DNA from: an uncultured Planctomycetota bacterium
GTDB taxonomy: Bacteria; Planctomycetota; DG-23; DATKVD01; CAZVTD01
Assembly: GCA_964629945.1 (NCBI GenBank)
Contig: CAZVTD010000002.1
Location: forward strand, 1 to 54,541
DNA: 54,541 bases
Reading direction: 5' to 3'
Positions 43,089-51,870 of the stretch are shown here, piece after piece. The position numbers were made by a program, and so were the translations under genes. Below the pieces are notes generated by a model, which saw nothing but the letters and a program-made list of their open reading frames with translations, had not been told where the DNA came from and ran no database searches. The stretch's first letter is position 1. The number at the start of each line of letters is the position of its first letter.

Positions 43089-45059
43089 TCAGAGCCGACC
43101 GCTCTCCGGAGGTCTGCGATACACCCGCAGCCAGTTGAAGATGTTATGGACACGGTCGTTGTCCGGCTGGAACCCCAACGCAACCATCTCGTCGGCCTCG
43201 TCGAGTCTCGTGACAATGTCCAGTGACGGGGACGCCCCAAGCCACTCTTTCCACTTCGCCTTCCCGACGTCCTCTCCGTGACGTTCGATCCAGAGGTCAC
43301 GCAGTTGCGTGGCCACCGGAACCTCATCGGCAAAATACCAGACGAGCGCCGCGTCGGGCTTGCGCCAGGAAGCCACCCGAATGCGTTCCGCATCCCGTTC
43401 CACCTGGAGCGAAACCGCCATGCGCTCCAGCGCGTTCCACTTGTACGTCCAGATGTCCTCGCGCGTCAGGAACGAAAGTTCCCCGAGAAACACCGCCACG
43501 AAGAGAAACGCCATCGCCCACTGGAGTACACCCTTGCGAAGGGACAACCACGAGCCCCAGAGCGGCAGGGCGGCACAGATCGCCACGATCAGGATGTGGA
43601 CGACACGCAGCTTGAAGAAACCCGGCGACAGGAAAATCCCGATCAGGCCGCCATAGACACATAAAGACATCACGACGGCCGCCGCCACAATGAAGAACCG
43701 GACGAAGCGTATCGAAACCCACTTATGCTCGAAGAACGCGTCCTCGGCAAAACAACCCATCAGAAGACACGCCGCCGGAAGCGCGGGCAGGATATACTGA
43801 TCGTGCTTGCCAACGGCCACCGAGAACAACAGCACCAGCCCGAAGATCCAGAGGAAGAGGAAGACCAGGCCCTCGTGGAATTTCTGGAAGCGTTTCATGA
43901 AGGGAAGTGCCAGGGCGCCCGGGAAGAAAACGATCCAGGGAAGCGTCCACTTGGCCAACGCCTGGACATAATACCCCCGGAGCGGCGAAGCGGAACGCTC
44001 AAGCCAGCCACCCGTCCCCAGCCCCCGTTCCATCGTCTGGTGGGAAAGCACGTCCTCCGTCTGGGGAAAAGCGTGCGCCAGATGCAGCATCCAAGGCACA
44101 AACAACACCGCCACGATGAGCACGCCCGGCAGCACGGTCACCAAGAACGGCGGAAGCCGGCGCCAGAGACGACACTGAAGTGCATACCAACCGGCTGGAA
44201 GCCCCAGCGTGAGAGCAACCGTCACGGCGATCCCGAGAGTGTCGGAAAGCCCGACCGCACGCCACCAGTGCAGTGCAGGTGTGATGCGGACCAGGATGCA
44301 GATAACGAAGGCGATGGAAGCCGAGACGAGATACCACGACAGGAACTTCCGGGAAGACCGACGCTCGCCCTCACAAGCAGCGCTTTGCTGCCAGGCGAGG
44401 TAAAGCAGCACGGGAAGCGCCAGGAAAAGGGGAACGAACTGCTTGGCCATGTTGCCCAGCGCGATGGCCGTCCACGCCAGGAGCAGCAGAAGATGCCGCC
44501 GGGGACGTTCGTCGTGAGCTGCGAGGTAGAACAGGAACATCGCCAGGGACATCCAGAAGGTCATCTGGATGTCCGAGCGGGCACTGCGTCCCCAACCGAT
44601 GACGCCAAGCGACGTCGTGAACATGAGCGTTCCGAGCAGCGCCGCGCGCGACGAAAGCATCGCACGTCCGAGAGCCAGCGTCACAACGGCCAGCAGCACC
44701 GCGAAGATCGCCGACGGAAGACGAGTTGTGAAATCGTTGAGAGGCATTCCCAGCTTCGCCGGGACCGCAAGGCACCAGTACGCCAGGGGTGGCTTCTCAA
44801 GGCGGGCCTGCCCGTTGAACACGGGAACCATCCAGTGGTTGAGCGTATTGTTGACGGGTATGGAGCCCGAAACGAGTTCGGCGTCCAGCCAGTGGTCGGG
44901 CTGAGTCATGTTCCGTGCAACGACGGCCACGTACGCCTCGTGTCCGTTCAGCGGCGTGCGGTCAAGATTCCACGTCATCATCAGCGCCGCCACCGCCGCG
45001 ACAAGCATGTAGTGGGACAGGGCTTCCCGTCGAGGCGAAGAGGAGGCGATGGATTCCAT
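43089..45059 (-). CDS. GT39/ArnT-like polytopic membrane glycosyltransferase
   Basis: More than 10 hydrophobic segments, with an early loop motif ...GHEAYVAVVARNM...RLEKPPLAYW typical of ArnT/PMT-type GT-C enzymes. The start is uncertain (ATG 45059 or GTG 45134). Confidence 0.7.
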   Translation of the reverse strand: MESIASSSPRREALSHYMLVAAVAALMMTWNLDRTPLNGHEAYVAVVARNMTQPDHWLDAELVSGSIPVNNTLNHWMVPVFNGQARLEKPPLAYWCLAVPAKLGMPLNDFTTRLPSAIFAVLLAVVTLALGRAMLSSRAALLGTLMFTTSLGVIGWGRSARSDIQMTFWMSLAMFLFYLAAHDERPRRHLLLLLAWTAIALGNMAKQFVPLFLALPVLLYLAWQQSAACEGERRSSRKFLSWYLVSASIAFVICILVRITPALHWWRAVGLSDTLGIAVTVALTLGLPAGWYALQCRLWRRLPPFLVTVLPGVLIVAVLFVPWMLHLAHAFPQTEDVLSHQTMERGLGTGGWLERSASPLRGYYVQALAKWTLPWIVFFPGALALPFMKRFQKFHEGLVFLFLWIFGLVLLFSVAVGKHDQYILPALPAACLLMGCFAEDAFFEHKWVSIRFVRFFIVAAAVVMSLCVYGGLIGIFLSPGFFKLRVVHILIVAICAALPLWGSWLSLRKGVLQWAMAFLFVAVFLGELSFLTREDIWTYKWNALERMAVSLQVERDAERIRVASWRKPDAALVWYFADEVPVATQLRDLWIERHGEDVGKAKWKEWLGASPSLDIVTRLDEADEMVALGFQPDNDRVHNIFNWLRVYRRPPESGRL

Positions 45060-45158
45060 AGCGGGTTCGTCCTTGCGATTCACGTGTCTCAAGGCAGCAC
45101 AGTTTCCTGGAAATGAAACTATAGCCCGAAGCACGTCAAGTGCAAGGAGATGTTGTCG

Positions 45159-47276
45159 TCAGTCGTGCACGGTCGTGTCGTAGCGGACCCCCTCGGGCAC
45201 CGGAACCGGGACGTTGACCGTGGTCCCGGAGTCGCCCGCGGTCCGCGAAAGCGCATCGACCGCCACGAACGCCGTAAAGGCCGAAACCAGGTTGTGCTGC
45301 AGCGCGACCTTGCGAATCTCCCGCTCCGGCGAACCGCCCGAACGCAGCAGGGCCTGGTTCGACAGGTCGGCAATCTTCATCCGTGCCCACACCTTGTCGA
45401 GTCCCGGATGCTGGCCGTCCGCCACCACCGGCACGTCGAACTGGACTGTGCGCCTGCTCGACTTTCCGCCCACCCGGACCGTGGCGTTCCCCTCCGGAGC
45501 TTTGAACCGCCCGGTAAGGACCACCGGTCGTCCGACGAACAGGTCCGGAACCTGTCGCGGATAAACGTCCTCCACCTTCATCCCGCCCCAGTCGATCTGG
45601 ATGTCCGTCAGCGCCGGGTGACGGATGCGCTCATAGAAAAGGTCCACCGTCTTCACCGCCCCCTCGTCCAGATTCACATCAGCCACCGCCCCGCGTCCCA
45701 TCAGCGCCATGTTTTCGAGCAGATAGCGGTTGGGCGACTCACCCACGCCGAATGAGAAAATCCGCGTCTCCCCCAGACGCTTGCCGATCTCGCCCAGGAT
45801 TTCCGTTTCGTTGCCGATGTAGCCGTCCGTCATAAACGAGACCAGCCGGAGCCGTTCCGGGTTGTGCGGAAAATCCAGTGCCGCGCGGATGCCGTTGATC
45901 ATCATCGTCCCGCCGCCCGGCTTCAGCGACTCCACGTAACGAACTCCCCGGGCGATGTTTTCGCGCGTCGCGGGCAGTGGCGCAGGTCCAAGCGTCGAGG
46001 AGGATTCCGAGAACGAGATCACCTGGAACGTGTCGTCACGATCGAGCCGGCGGAGCGCACGTGTGACGGCGTCTTTGGCCAGATTGAGCGGTTTGCCCTG
46101 CATCGAACCCGAACAGTCGATCACGAAAACCATCTCCACTGGGTCGCGCACCAACTGGGCCGACGCGTCGGGCGGCTGCAGCATCAGCGTGAAGTATCCT
46201 CCTGTCGGATCGGTATGCGCAAGGAACACGCTCTTGATCCCCTCACCCGCCACCTTGTAGCGCAGGATGAAGTCCCGGTTGGGAATCGCGTCATTTTCCG
46301 ACAGCTTCACCGCCGCGTGGCGTCCGTCGGGCCGCGTTACACCGACCACGTGCGATGGACAGGCGACCGCCTCGATGGGCACCCCGGCGTCCAGGTCCAC
46401 GAACAGGCTGATGTCATGCCCGGAGCGTTGACGCGGACGCAAATACCCCACCTCTGTCTTCTGGCCGGACCGTCCTCGTGCGCGGGCCCCCACTGCTCCG
46501 ACACCCTCTGTGCTCCCCGGCGGGTTGAATCGCGGACCGACCACCATCGGAAACGTATATTCATACCACCCGTCCACGCACGCCAACGTGTGGAAGTAAC
46601 GGATGTTGACCTCGATCTCCTTCGCCGGTTCGATGTTGGCGACTCGCTGTGTGAAAATATTCGGACGCTCCTGCGTCAGAAGCGAGGCCACGTGCCCTTG
46701 CTTACGTGCCTCGTAGTAGATTTTCTCCGCCTCCTCGCGCTCGCGGATGATCCCGCGGATGCGACGCGTGCCCACCGTCATGAGAAAATCATGCACCGCC
46801 GCGTTGGTCGGAAGCGGAAACACATATGCCGCCTCAATCTTCGAGCCGTACGGATTGCTGAAGGTCTGGGTGACGTCCACCGACGCCACGTACGCGGAAA
46901 TGCGCGTCTTCACGTCCGTGTGCTTGAGCGGGACGGGCACCTCCTCTTCAGCATCCGGAAGCTTCACCATCATCGACCCGCAGCCCGGCACGTCGTCCCC
47001 CGGAGCCGACGACTCCGGACGCACGACGACCCACAACTCCTCTCCAGGACGCAGAAGCGTCGCGTCAAGCGCAGAATATCCCGTCTTGATGGCGGGGGAC
47101 CCGGAAACAGGAGCCCAATGAAACGACCCGTCCTCCCGTGTCGCGCTCGACTCTCCTGCCTGCCTGGTTGCTTGTGGAGCCTCCTGCGGCATGGCCCCGC
47201 AGCCGACAAGAAAAGCCATTACCACAACACATGACATCCCCAGCCCGGCGAGCAAGACGAGACCTGCTCTTCTCAT
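45159..47276 (-). CDS. VIT + von Willebrand factor A domain lipoprotein
   Basis: Lipobox MAFLVGCG. VIT-like KTRISAYVASVDVTQTFSNPYGSKIEAAYVFPLPTNAAVHDF. The vWA MIDAS start VFVIDCSGSMQG is followed by ...ISFSESS. Confidence 0.85.
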   Translation of the reverse strand: MRRAGLVLLAGLGMSCVVVMAFLVGCGAMPQEAPQATRQAGESSATREDGSFHWAPVSGSPAIKTGYSALDATLLRPGEELWVVVRPESSAPGDDVPGCGSMMVKLPDAEEEVPVPLKHTDVKTRISAYVASVDVTQTFSNPYGSKIEAAYVFPLPTNAAVHDFLMTVGTRRIRGIIREREEAEKIYYEARKQGHVASLLTQERPNIFTQRVANIEPAKEIEVNIRYFHTLACVDGWYEYTFPMVVGPRFNPPGSTEGVGAVGARARGRSGQKTEVGYLRPRQRSGHDISLFVDLDAGVPIEAVACPSHVVGVTRPDGRHAAVKLSENDAIPNRDFILRYKVAGEGIKSVFLAHTDPTGGYFTLMLQPPDASAQLVRDPVEMVFVIDCSGSMQGKPLNLAKDAVTRALRRLDRDDTFQVISFSESSSTLGPAPLPATRENIARGVRYVESLKPGGGTMMINGIRAALDFPHNPERLRLVSFMTDGYIGNETEILGEIGKRLGETRIFSFGVGESPNRYLLENMALMGRGAVADVNLDEGAVKTVDLFYERIRHPALTDIQIDWGGMKVEDVYPRQVPDLFVGRPVVLTGRFKAPEGNATVRVGGKSSRRTVQFDVPVVADGQHPGLDKVWARMKIADLSNQALLRSGGSPEREIRKVALQHNLVSAFTAFVAVDALSRTAGDSGTTVNVPVPVPEGVRYDTTVHD

Positions 47277-47304
47277 TCGTTACCTCCTTGCGACAGAAAA
47301 TCCG

Positions 47305-48048
47305 TCACCGTGATGCCGTCCGGGAGGCCAGCACAACCTCCGCGATCAAACGCCTGCAGCCGGTCTGCAGATCCTTCAAACTCTTCTCGGTGGTTTGCTT
47401 GACGATCTTCTCCTCGCCCACCGAAGTCCACGCGGCGGGCGTCGTCCGTCGGTGTTCGTCCTCGCCCGTCGCCGTCCCCAGCACCGCACCCGTTCGCGAA
47501 TCCACCAGCACCGCCTGGCACACCGTCCGGTGTTCCAGGTCCGTCCCGGGAACCACCCACAACCCCACGATCGTCCAATACAGAATCGACGCCCCGTTCA
47601 GGTTCTCCAGGTCCCGGTCGTCCTGAAGATAAACCAGAAGCAGTTCGCAGTTCTGCGTCCCGGCCGCCTCGCGCAGACTCTTCAGCGAAATTCGCTTATC
47701 CTTCTCCGAAAGACTGATAGCAACGGGCACGATCGGCTGCACCCCTGTGATCAGGGGCTCATCCGCAACCACCTTCTCCCACGAATGCAACTCCTCCGCC
47801 CCGATCGTCTCCACGTACGGACCGCTGTAGTTCGTCCCCAGCTTCGCGATGGCAAGGTTCGTGGGAAGTTTCGCCCGCACACGGGCATCCAGCCGCGTCG
47901 CGATGTCACGATCCGTAAAGGCCTGCTCCGGACACTCCGCCATGGCCGATGCCATCGGGTTAGACGGGAATCGGCTCATGCTGTGATGTGTCTCGCAGCC
48001 GGCCAACACGAGAACCAGGACCAGCGTCGAACCGGTCAGTATCTTCAT
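47305..48048 (-). CDS. lipoprotein, unknown function
   Basis: Lipobox LVLVLAGCE. Its start overlaps the upstream gene stop by 4 nt. Confidence 0.65.
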   Translation of the reverse strand: MKILTGSTLVLVLVLAGCETHHSMSRFPSNPMASAMAECPEQAFTDRDIATRLDARVRAKLPTNLAIAKLGTNYSGPYVETIGAEELHSWEKVVADEPLITGVQPIVPVAISLSEKDKRISLKSLREAAGTQNCELLLVYLQDDRDLENLNGASILYWTIVGLWVVPGTDLEHRTVCQAVLVDSRTGAVLGTATGEDEHRRTTPAAWTSVGEEKIVKQTTEKSLKDLQTGCRRLIAEVVLASRTASR

Positions 48049-48485
48049 TCACGTTCTCCTTGGGTCTGAACGGAAACGGTTGCAGGAATTGGTTTGCCGT
48101 CGATCGAGCCAGCGGTAACCAGTTTGGCCTCATACTTCGGTTCCACACCCCCGGAAACCTGCACGTGCACGCGGGCCACGCGAACCCGTCCGTGCGGCAG
48201 GTCCTTCCCCGTCGAGAACGCCGCCAGGATCACGCGGTCGTTGGCCATCGCCGCAGGATCATAATAAGGCGGCTCGACAAACGCGGGATGCTCACCCCCC
48301 TCGATGCCCACGATCTCAACGGAGCCTGCCTTCGTCACCATCTCCACCTGCCAGGCCGCCAGCGGCGTATCTCCCGAATCGACCAGGACATCGATCGTCG
48401 TGAACCGCACCGGAACCGCTTCCTGTGCCGGACTGCCGGAAACCAGACAGGTGAAAATGAGTGCGAGCGCGAGGATCCGTTTCAT
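48045..48485 (-). CDS. small secreted protein, cohesin-like beta-sandwich pattern (tentative)
   Basis: Signal peptide MKRILALALIFTCLVSGSPAQE. LAAWQVEMVTKAGSVEIVGIEGGE...RVILAAFS...GRVRVARVHVQV resembles the alternating-strand pattern of cohesin modules. Has 4-nt overlaps with both neighbours. Confidence 0.6.
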   Translation of the reverse strand: MKRILALALIFTCLVSGSPAQEAVPVRFTTIDVLVDSGDTPLAAWQVEMVTKAGSVEIVGIEGGEHPAFVEPPYYDPAAMANDRVILAAFSTGKDLPHGRVRVARVHVQVSGGVEPKYEAKLVTAGSIDGKPIPATVSVQTQGERE

Positions 48486-48973
48486 CGATACACTCCCGGG
48501 CTCAAACTGACCGCTGCTTGTGCGATCAACGTCACGTCGTCCGAATCGATGCGACCGTCGTGGTTCAGGTCCGCACGCGGATCGGGCTCACGCCGATCGC
48601 GAAGGTCTCGCGCCACGGCAAACGCGTCCAGAATGTCCACACGACCGTTGTGGTCGATGTCTTCCCGCAGGGGAACACCGGCGTAGTTCTGACGCACCTC
48701 ACCGGGTTCCTGACGCCCTTGTTGATAGGGCCACAGAAGAAGGACCGCCACCAGCAGCCCCGCGGCGGCCGCCGAACCCACCGCCCAACGCAGCACCCAC
48801 CGCCGTCGTCCACGCCTCCCGGAAAGACGCATTCGGGCAAGATCAAGAATCCGATGATCGACCCCTTGAGGAACGGGAACCTCGCGGTCATAAAGTTGAC
48901 GCAGGTCGCGTTCAAGCTGCCCGCCCTCGATGGATTGAAGTCGATCATCATGTGCCTTATTTTCAGGGTCCAT
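48482..48973 (-). CDS. putative anti-sigma factor: short cytoplasmic N-terminus, one TM helix, extracytoplasmic pair of dockerin-type calcium-binding repeats
   Basis: Lies immediately downstream of the ECF sigma gene. TM segment WAVGSAAAAGLLVAVLLLW. Repeats DIDHNGRVDILDAF and DLNHDGRIDSDDV. ATG 48973 is preceded by GGAG. Confidence 0.65.
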   Translation of the reverse strand: MDPENKAHDDRLQSIEGGQLERDLRQLYDREVPVPQGVDHRILDLARMRLSGRRGRRRWVLRWAVGSAAAAGLLVAVLLLWPYQQGRQEPGEVRQNYAGVPLREDIDHNGRVDILDAFAVARDLRDRREPDPRADLNHDGRIDSDDVTLIAQAAVSLSPGVYR

Positions 48974-49032
48974 GACTTTCTCCAACCTGTTAAGCGAACG
49001 AAAGGACGAAAAGGTTCATCAAAAAACGGAAT

Positions 49033-49584
49033 TCATTCCCCCAGGAAGTAATCCCGGGTTCCGGGATCCTCTCTGAGTATCGCCAAAGCGTTATGGAGCC
49101 GGGACTTGACCGTCCCCAGAGGCAGCTCCAATGCCAGCGCGATCTCCTGCAGCGACATCCCGTCCAGAAACCGCATGAGCAGCACTTCGCGCTGCGGAGC
49201 CGAAAGACGCCCCAGGACACGGGAAAGATCTTCCGGATAAGGTTCGGAGGTTGCCCCCTCCTCTGGAGCCGGCACCACGGCCAGCAGGTCGTCATCGCTG
49301 ACCAGTCGCCGGCGGCGGCGCAGCACCGCGATCGAAAGGTTCCGCACGACCGGATATAGAAACGTGCTGAGGCGTGCCGTCAGATGAAAACCCGGAAAAC
49401 GGTCCAGGAACCACGTGAACGTCTCCTGCAGAACGTCGAGCGCGTCGTGATGATCGCGGGTGAAACGGAACGCCAGGCGGACCACCCAGTCCCGGTGACG
49501 CGCGTACAGCACCTCGAAAGCGGCGACCTCCCCGCGGTTCAGCGCCTCGACAAGATCGTGGTCCGACCGGGAATCCGGCTGCAT
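49033..49584 (-). CDS. ECF-type RNA polymerase sigma factor
   Basis: Region 2: FEVLYARHRDWVVRLAFRFTRDHHDALDVLQETF. Region 4: MSLQEIALALELPLGTVKSRLHNA. I prefer start ATG 49584 (MQPDS...). Confidence 0.85.
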   Translation of the reverse strand: MQPDSRSDHDLVEALNRGEVAAFEVLYARHRDWVVRLAFRFTRDHHDALDVLQETFTWFLDRFPGFHLTARLSTFLYPVVRNLSIAVLRRRRRLVSDDDLLAVVPAPEEGATSEPYPEDLSRVLGRLSAPQREVLLMRFLDGMSLQEIALALELPLGTVKSRLHNALAILREDPGTRDYFLGE

Positions 49585-49615
49585 GGGCACCCCGCAAAAT
49601 AGCAGGCTCGCGAAT

Positions 49616-49624
49616 ATTATAGCA
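49616..49624 (-). promoter_or_regulatory. candidate extended -10 element TGCTATAAT upstream of the ECF sigma gene
   Basis: The reverse complement of 49616-49624 reads TGCTATAAT, about 32 nt upstream of ATG 49584. There is no convincing -35 and no obvious ECF-type GGAAC...CGT promoter. Confidence 0.3.
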
Positions 49625-49758
49625 ACCCCGCGCAAAGAACCCAGCCACCCCCTTCAGGCTTTTTGACCCGCCCCTTCAGACATTTCCTCATTGCATCCAG
49701 GCCCCTTGCGTCGGTAGTCTTAAGAAAACGCGTCGCGAACAAAAGCGGAGAACACGGA

Positions 49759-50499
49759 ATGGCGCTCATACACATCCATGCCGACCAGGAAGCCCTCAGT
49801 CGGACCGCCGCTGACCTGTTCATCGAAACCGCTGCCGACGCCATCAGCCGACGTGGACGCTTTGCCGTCGCCCTGGCCGGAGGCAGCACCCCTCGACGGA
49901 CCTACGAGCTATTGGCCCAGCCTGATCGGACAGCACGCGTCGATTGGCCGCATGTCCATGTCTTCTGGACTGACGAACGCTGTGTGCCGCCTGACGACCT
50001 GCGCTCCAACGAGCGATTCGCCATCCGTTCACTCCTCCAGAGCGTGCCCGTCCCCGTCGAACAGGTCCATCCCTTCCGCTGTGAGCCGGACCCGGACCGG
50101 GCCGCGGAGAATTACCAACAGGTCCTGGCCCGCTTCTTCGGCGACGCCCCCCCGACGTTCGACCTCGTCCTTCTGGGACTGGGAATCGACGGACATACGG
50201 CCTCCCTCTTTCCACACACCCCTGCCCTTCGGGAAACACAGCGCTGGACCACCCTCGTAGCCCCCGATCCGGACGCACCAAAGCGCCTCACGATGACCGT
50301 CCCCCTCATCAACCAGGCGCGTCGCGTCGTGTTCCTGGTGTCCGGCATCGACAAAGCCCCCGTCCTCAAAGAGGTCCTGGAAGGACCGAGTGAGCCCGAC
50401 CGCCTTCCGGCACAACATATCCACCCGCAGGACGGCTTGACCTGGCTGATCGACCGATCGGCAGCCACCCTGCTTTGCAGCGAAGGAGAGAATGCATGA
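49759..50499 (+). CDS. pgl: 6-phosphogluconolactonase
   Basis: FAVALAGGSTPRRTYELL...VHVFWTDERCVP...DLVLLGLGIDGHTASLFP. I prefer start ATG 49759 (MALIHIH). Confidence 0.85.
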   Translation: MALIHIHADQEALSRTAADLFIETAADAISRRGRFAVALAGGSTPRRTYELLAQPDRTARVDWPHVHVFWTDERCVPPDDLRSNERFAIRSLLQSVPVPVEQVHPFRCEPDPDRAAENYQQVLARFFGDAPPTFDLVLLGLGIDGHTASLFPHTPALRETQRWTTLVAPDPDAPKRLTMTVPLINQARRVVFLVSGIDKAPVLKEVLEGPSEPDRLPAQHIHPQDGLTWLIDRSAATLLCSEGENA

Positions 50500-51104
50500 A
50501 GGTGCTCATCGTCTACTACAGCATGTACGGAAACTGCTACAGGATGTCCAGGTGTGTCGCCGAAGGCGTCACGAGAGTCCCGGGGGCCGAGCCCGTCCTT
50601 CGCAAGGTCAAAGAACTGGTCCCGGAATCCGTCATCGAGTCGCGCGACGATCTGAAAAAAGGCCGAGACTTGCAAAGCGACGTCCCCTTCGTCACCGAGG
50701 ACGACTTCCGCCAGGCCCACGCTGTCATCTTCGGCACCCCAACACGCTTCGGAAACGTCTCAGCCCAGCTTAAAAACCAGATCGACCAGCTCGGTGGACT
50801 GTGGACGGAAGGCGTATTCGAGGGAAAGCCCGCCGGACTCTTCGTCTCCACCGCAAGTCTTCACGGCGGGCAGGAAACGACGCTCCTGACCTTGATGGCG
50901 CCGCTCCTCCATCTTGGGTTCATCCTGGTGGGCGTCCCGTCGTCGGTGGAGGAACTGTTCACCACCACCGGCGGGGGCTCGCCCTATGGGGCCGGACACG
51001 TCGCCGGACAGGACGGCCAGCGTGAACTCGACGAGCAGGAAAAAGCCATTTGCCGGGCGCTGGGCCAACGCGTCGCCGAGGTGGCATCAAAGCTGTCTCG
51101 TTGA
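50496..51104 (+). CDS. wrbA: NAD(P)H:quinone oxidoreductase, WrbA-type flavodoxin-like protein
   Basis: MKVLIVYYSMYGN...IFGTPTRFGNVSAQLKNQIDQ...GGQETTLL... The start overlaps the pgl stop (ATGA) and is preceded by GGAGAG. Confidence 0.85.
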   Translation: MKVLIVYYSMYGNCYRMSRCVAEGVTRVPGAEPVLRKVKELVPESVIESRDDLKKGRDLQSDVPFVTEDDFRQAHAVIFGTPTRFGNVSAQLKNQIDQLGGLWTEGVFEGKPAGLFVSTASLHGGQETTLLTLMAPLLHLGFILVGVPSSVEELFTTTGGGSPYGAGHVAGQDGQRELDEQEKAICRALGQRVAEVASKLSR

Positions 51105-51135
51105 ACGCAGCACGTCTTAACACGGGAGGCATCCC

Positions 51136-51828
51136 ATGAACCGCACCGCATCTCATGGGGTTTTGATCCTTGCGCTGCTCCCCTGGACCGCCATCGGCTG
51201 CAATCAGCCCATCGCACCGGAATATCGACAGCAGGCTGGCAGCGGACCGGACTTCCCGCAGGCACTTCCCAATCCCAACGCGTTCGCCGGAAAAACCGTC
51301 ATCTGGGGCGGACACGTCGTCACCCTCGAAAGCCGTGGAGTCGGCAGCGACCTCATCGTCCTCCAGACCCCTCTGGACAACAATCAGGAGCCCCGCTCGA
51401 CCACCCTGTCCACCGGCCAGTTCATCGCCCGAAACCCCTCACCCCTCGATCCGACCCTCTACACCACCGGCAGCAAAGTCACCGTCGCCGGAACCCTCAT
51501 CGGCTCCGAAACCCGAACCTTCGGAGACCTCCAGCGCACCTACCCCCTCATCGAGATCAAACAGATCCACCTCTGGGGCAAACCCTACCATCCGGAACCC
51601 TACGTCTACAGCCCCGGTTACACCTACGAATATTTCTACTGGCCCTATGCTTACCTGCCTTACGACTACGCACCCCACTACGGGGATTATTTCGGTGAAC
51701 ACTACTTCTCCAGCTACGGACTCAACCTCCGTTTCAGAATCGGGGATCATGACGATTGGGTAAAAGGGTCCTGGCGAGGCGGCGGACATCGGCCAGGACA
51801 TGGAAGACTACCCGGTCGGCATCGATGA
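51136..51828 (+). CDS. slp: Slp family outer-membrane lipoprotein with an atypical Tyr-rich C-terminal extension
   Basis: Lipobox TAIGCN. VIWGGHVV...LIVLQTPLD...GQFIARNPSPLDPTLYTTGSKVTVAG...YPLIEIKQIHLW matches the Slp pattern. The tail has 15 Tyr in about 48 residues. Confidence 0.75.
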   Translation: MNRTASHGVLILALLPWTAIGCNQPIAPEYRQQAGSGPDFPQALPNPNAFAGKTVIWGGHVVTLESRGVGSDLIVLQTPLDNNQEPRSTTLSTGQFIARNPSPLDPTLYTTGSKVTVAGTLIGSETRTFGDLQRTYPLIEIKQIHLWGKPYHPEPYVYSPGYTYEYFYWPYAYLPYDYAPHYGDYFGEHYFSSYGLNLRFRIGDHDDWVKGSWRGGGHRPGHGRLPGRHR

Positions 51829-51870
51829 GTGCTCCGCATCCTCGCCCATACCGGCGGTGTTCTCGGAACC

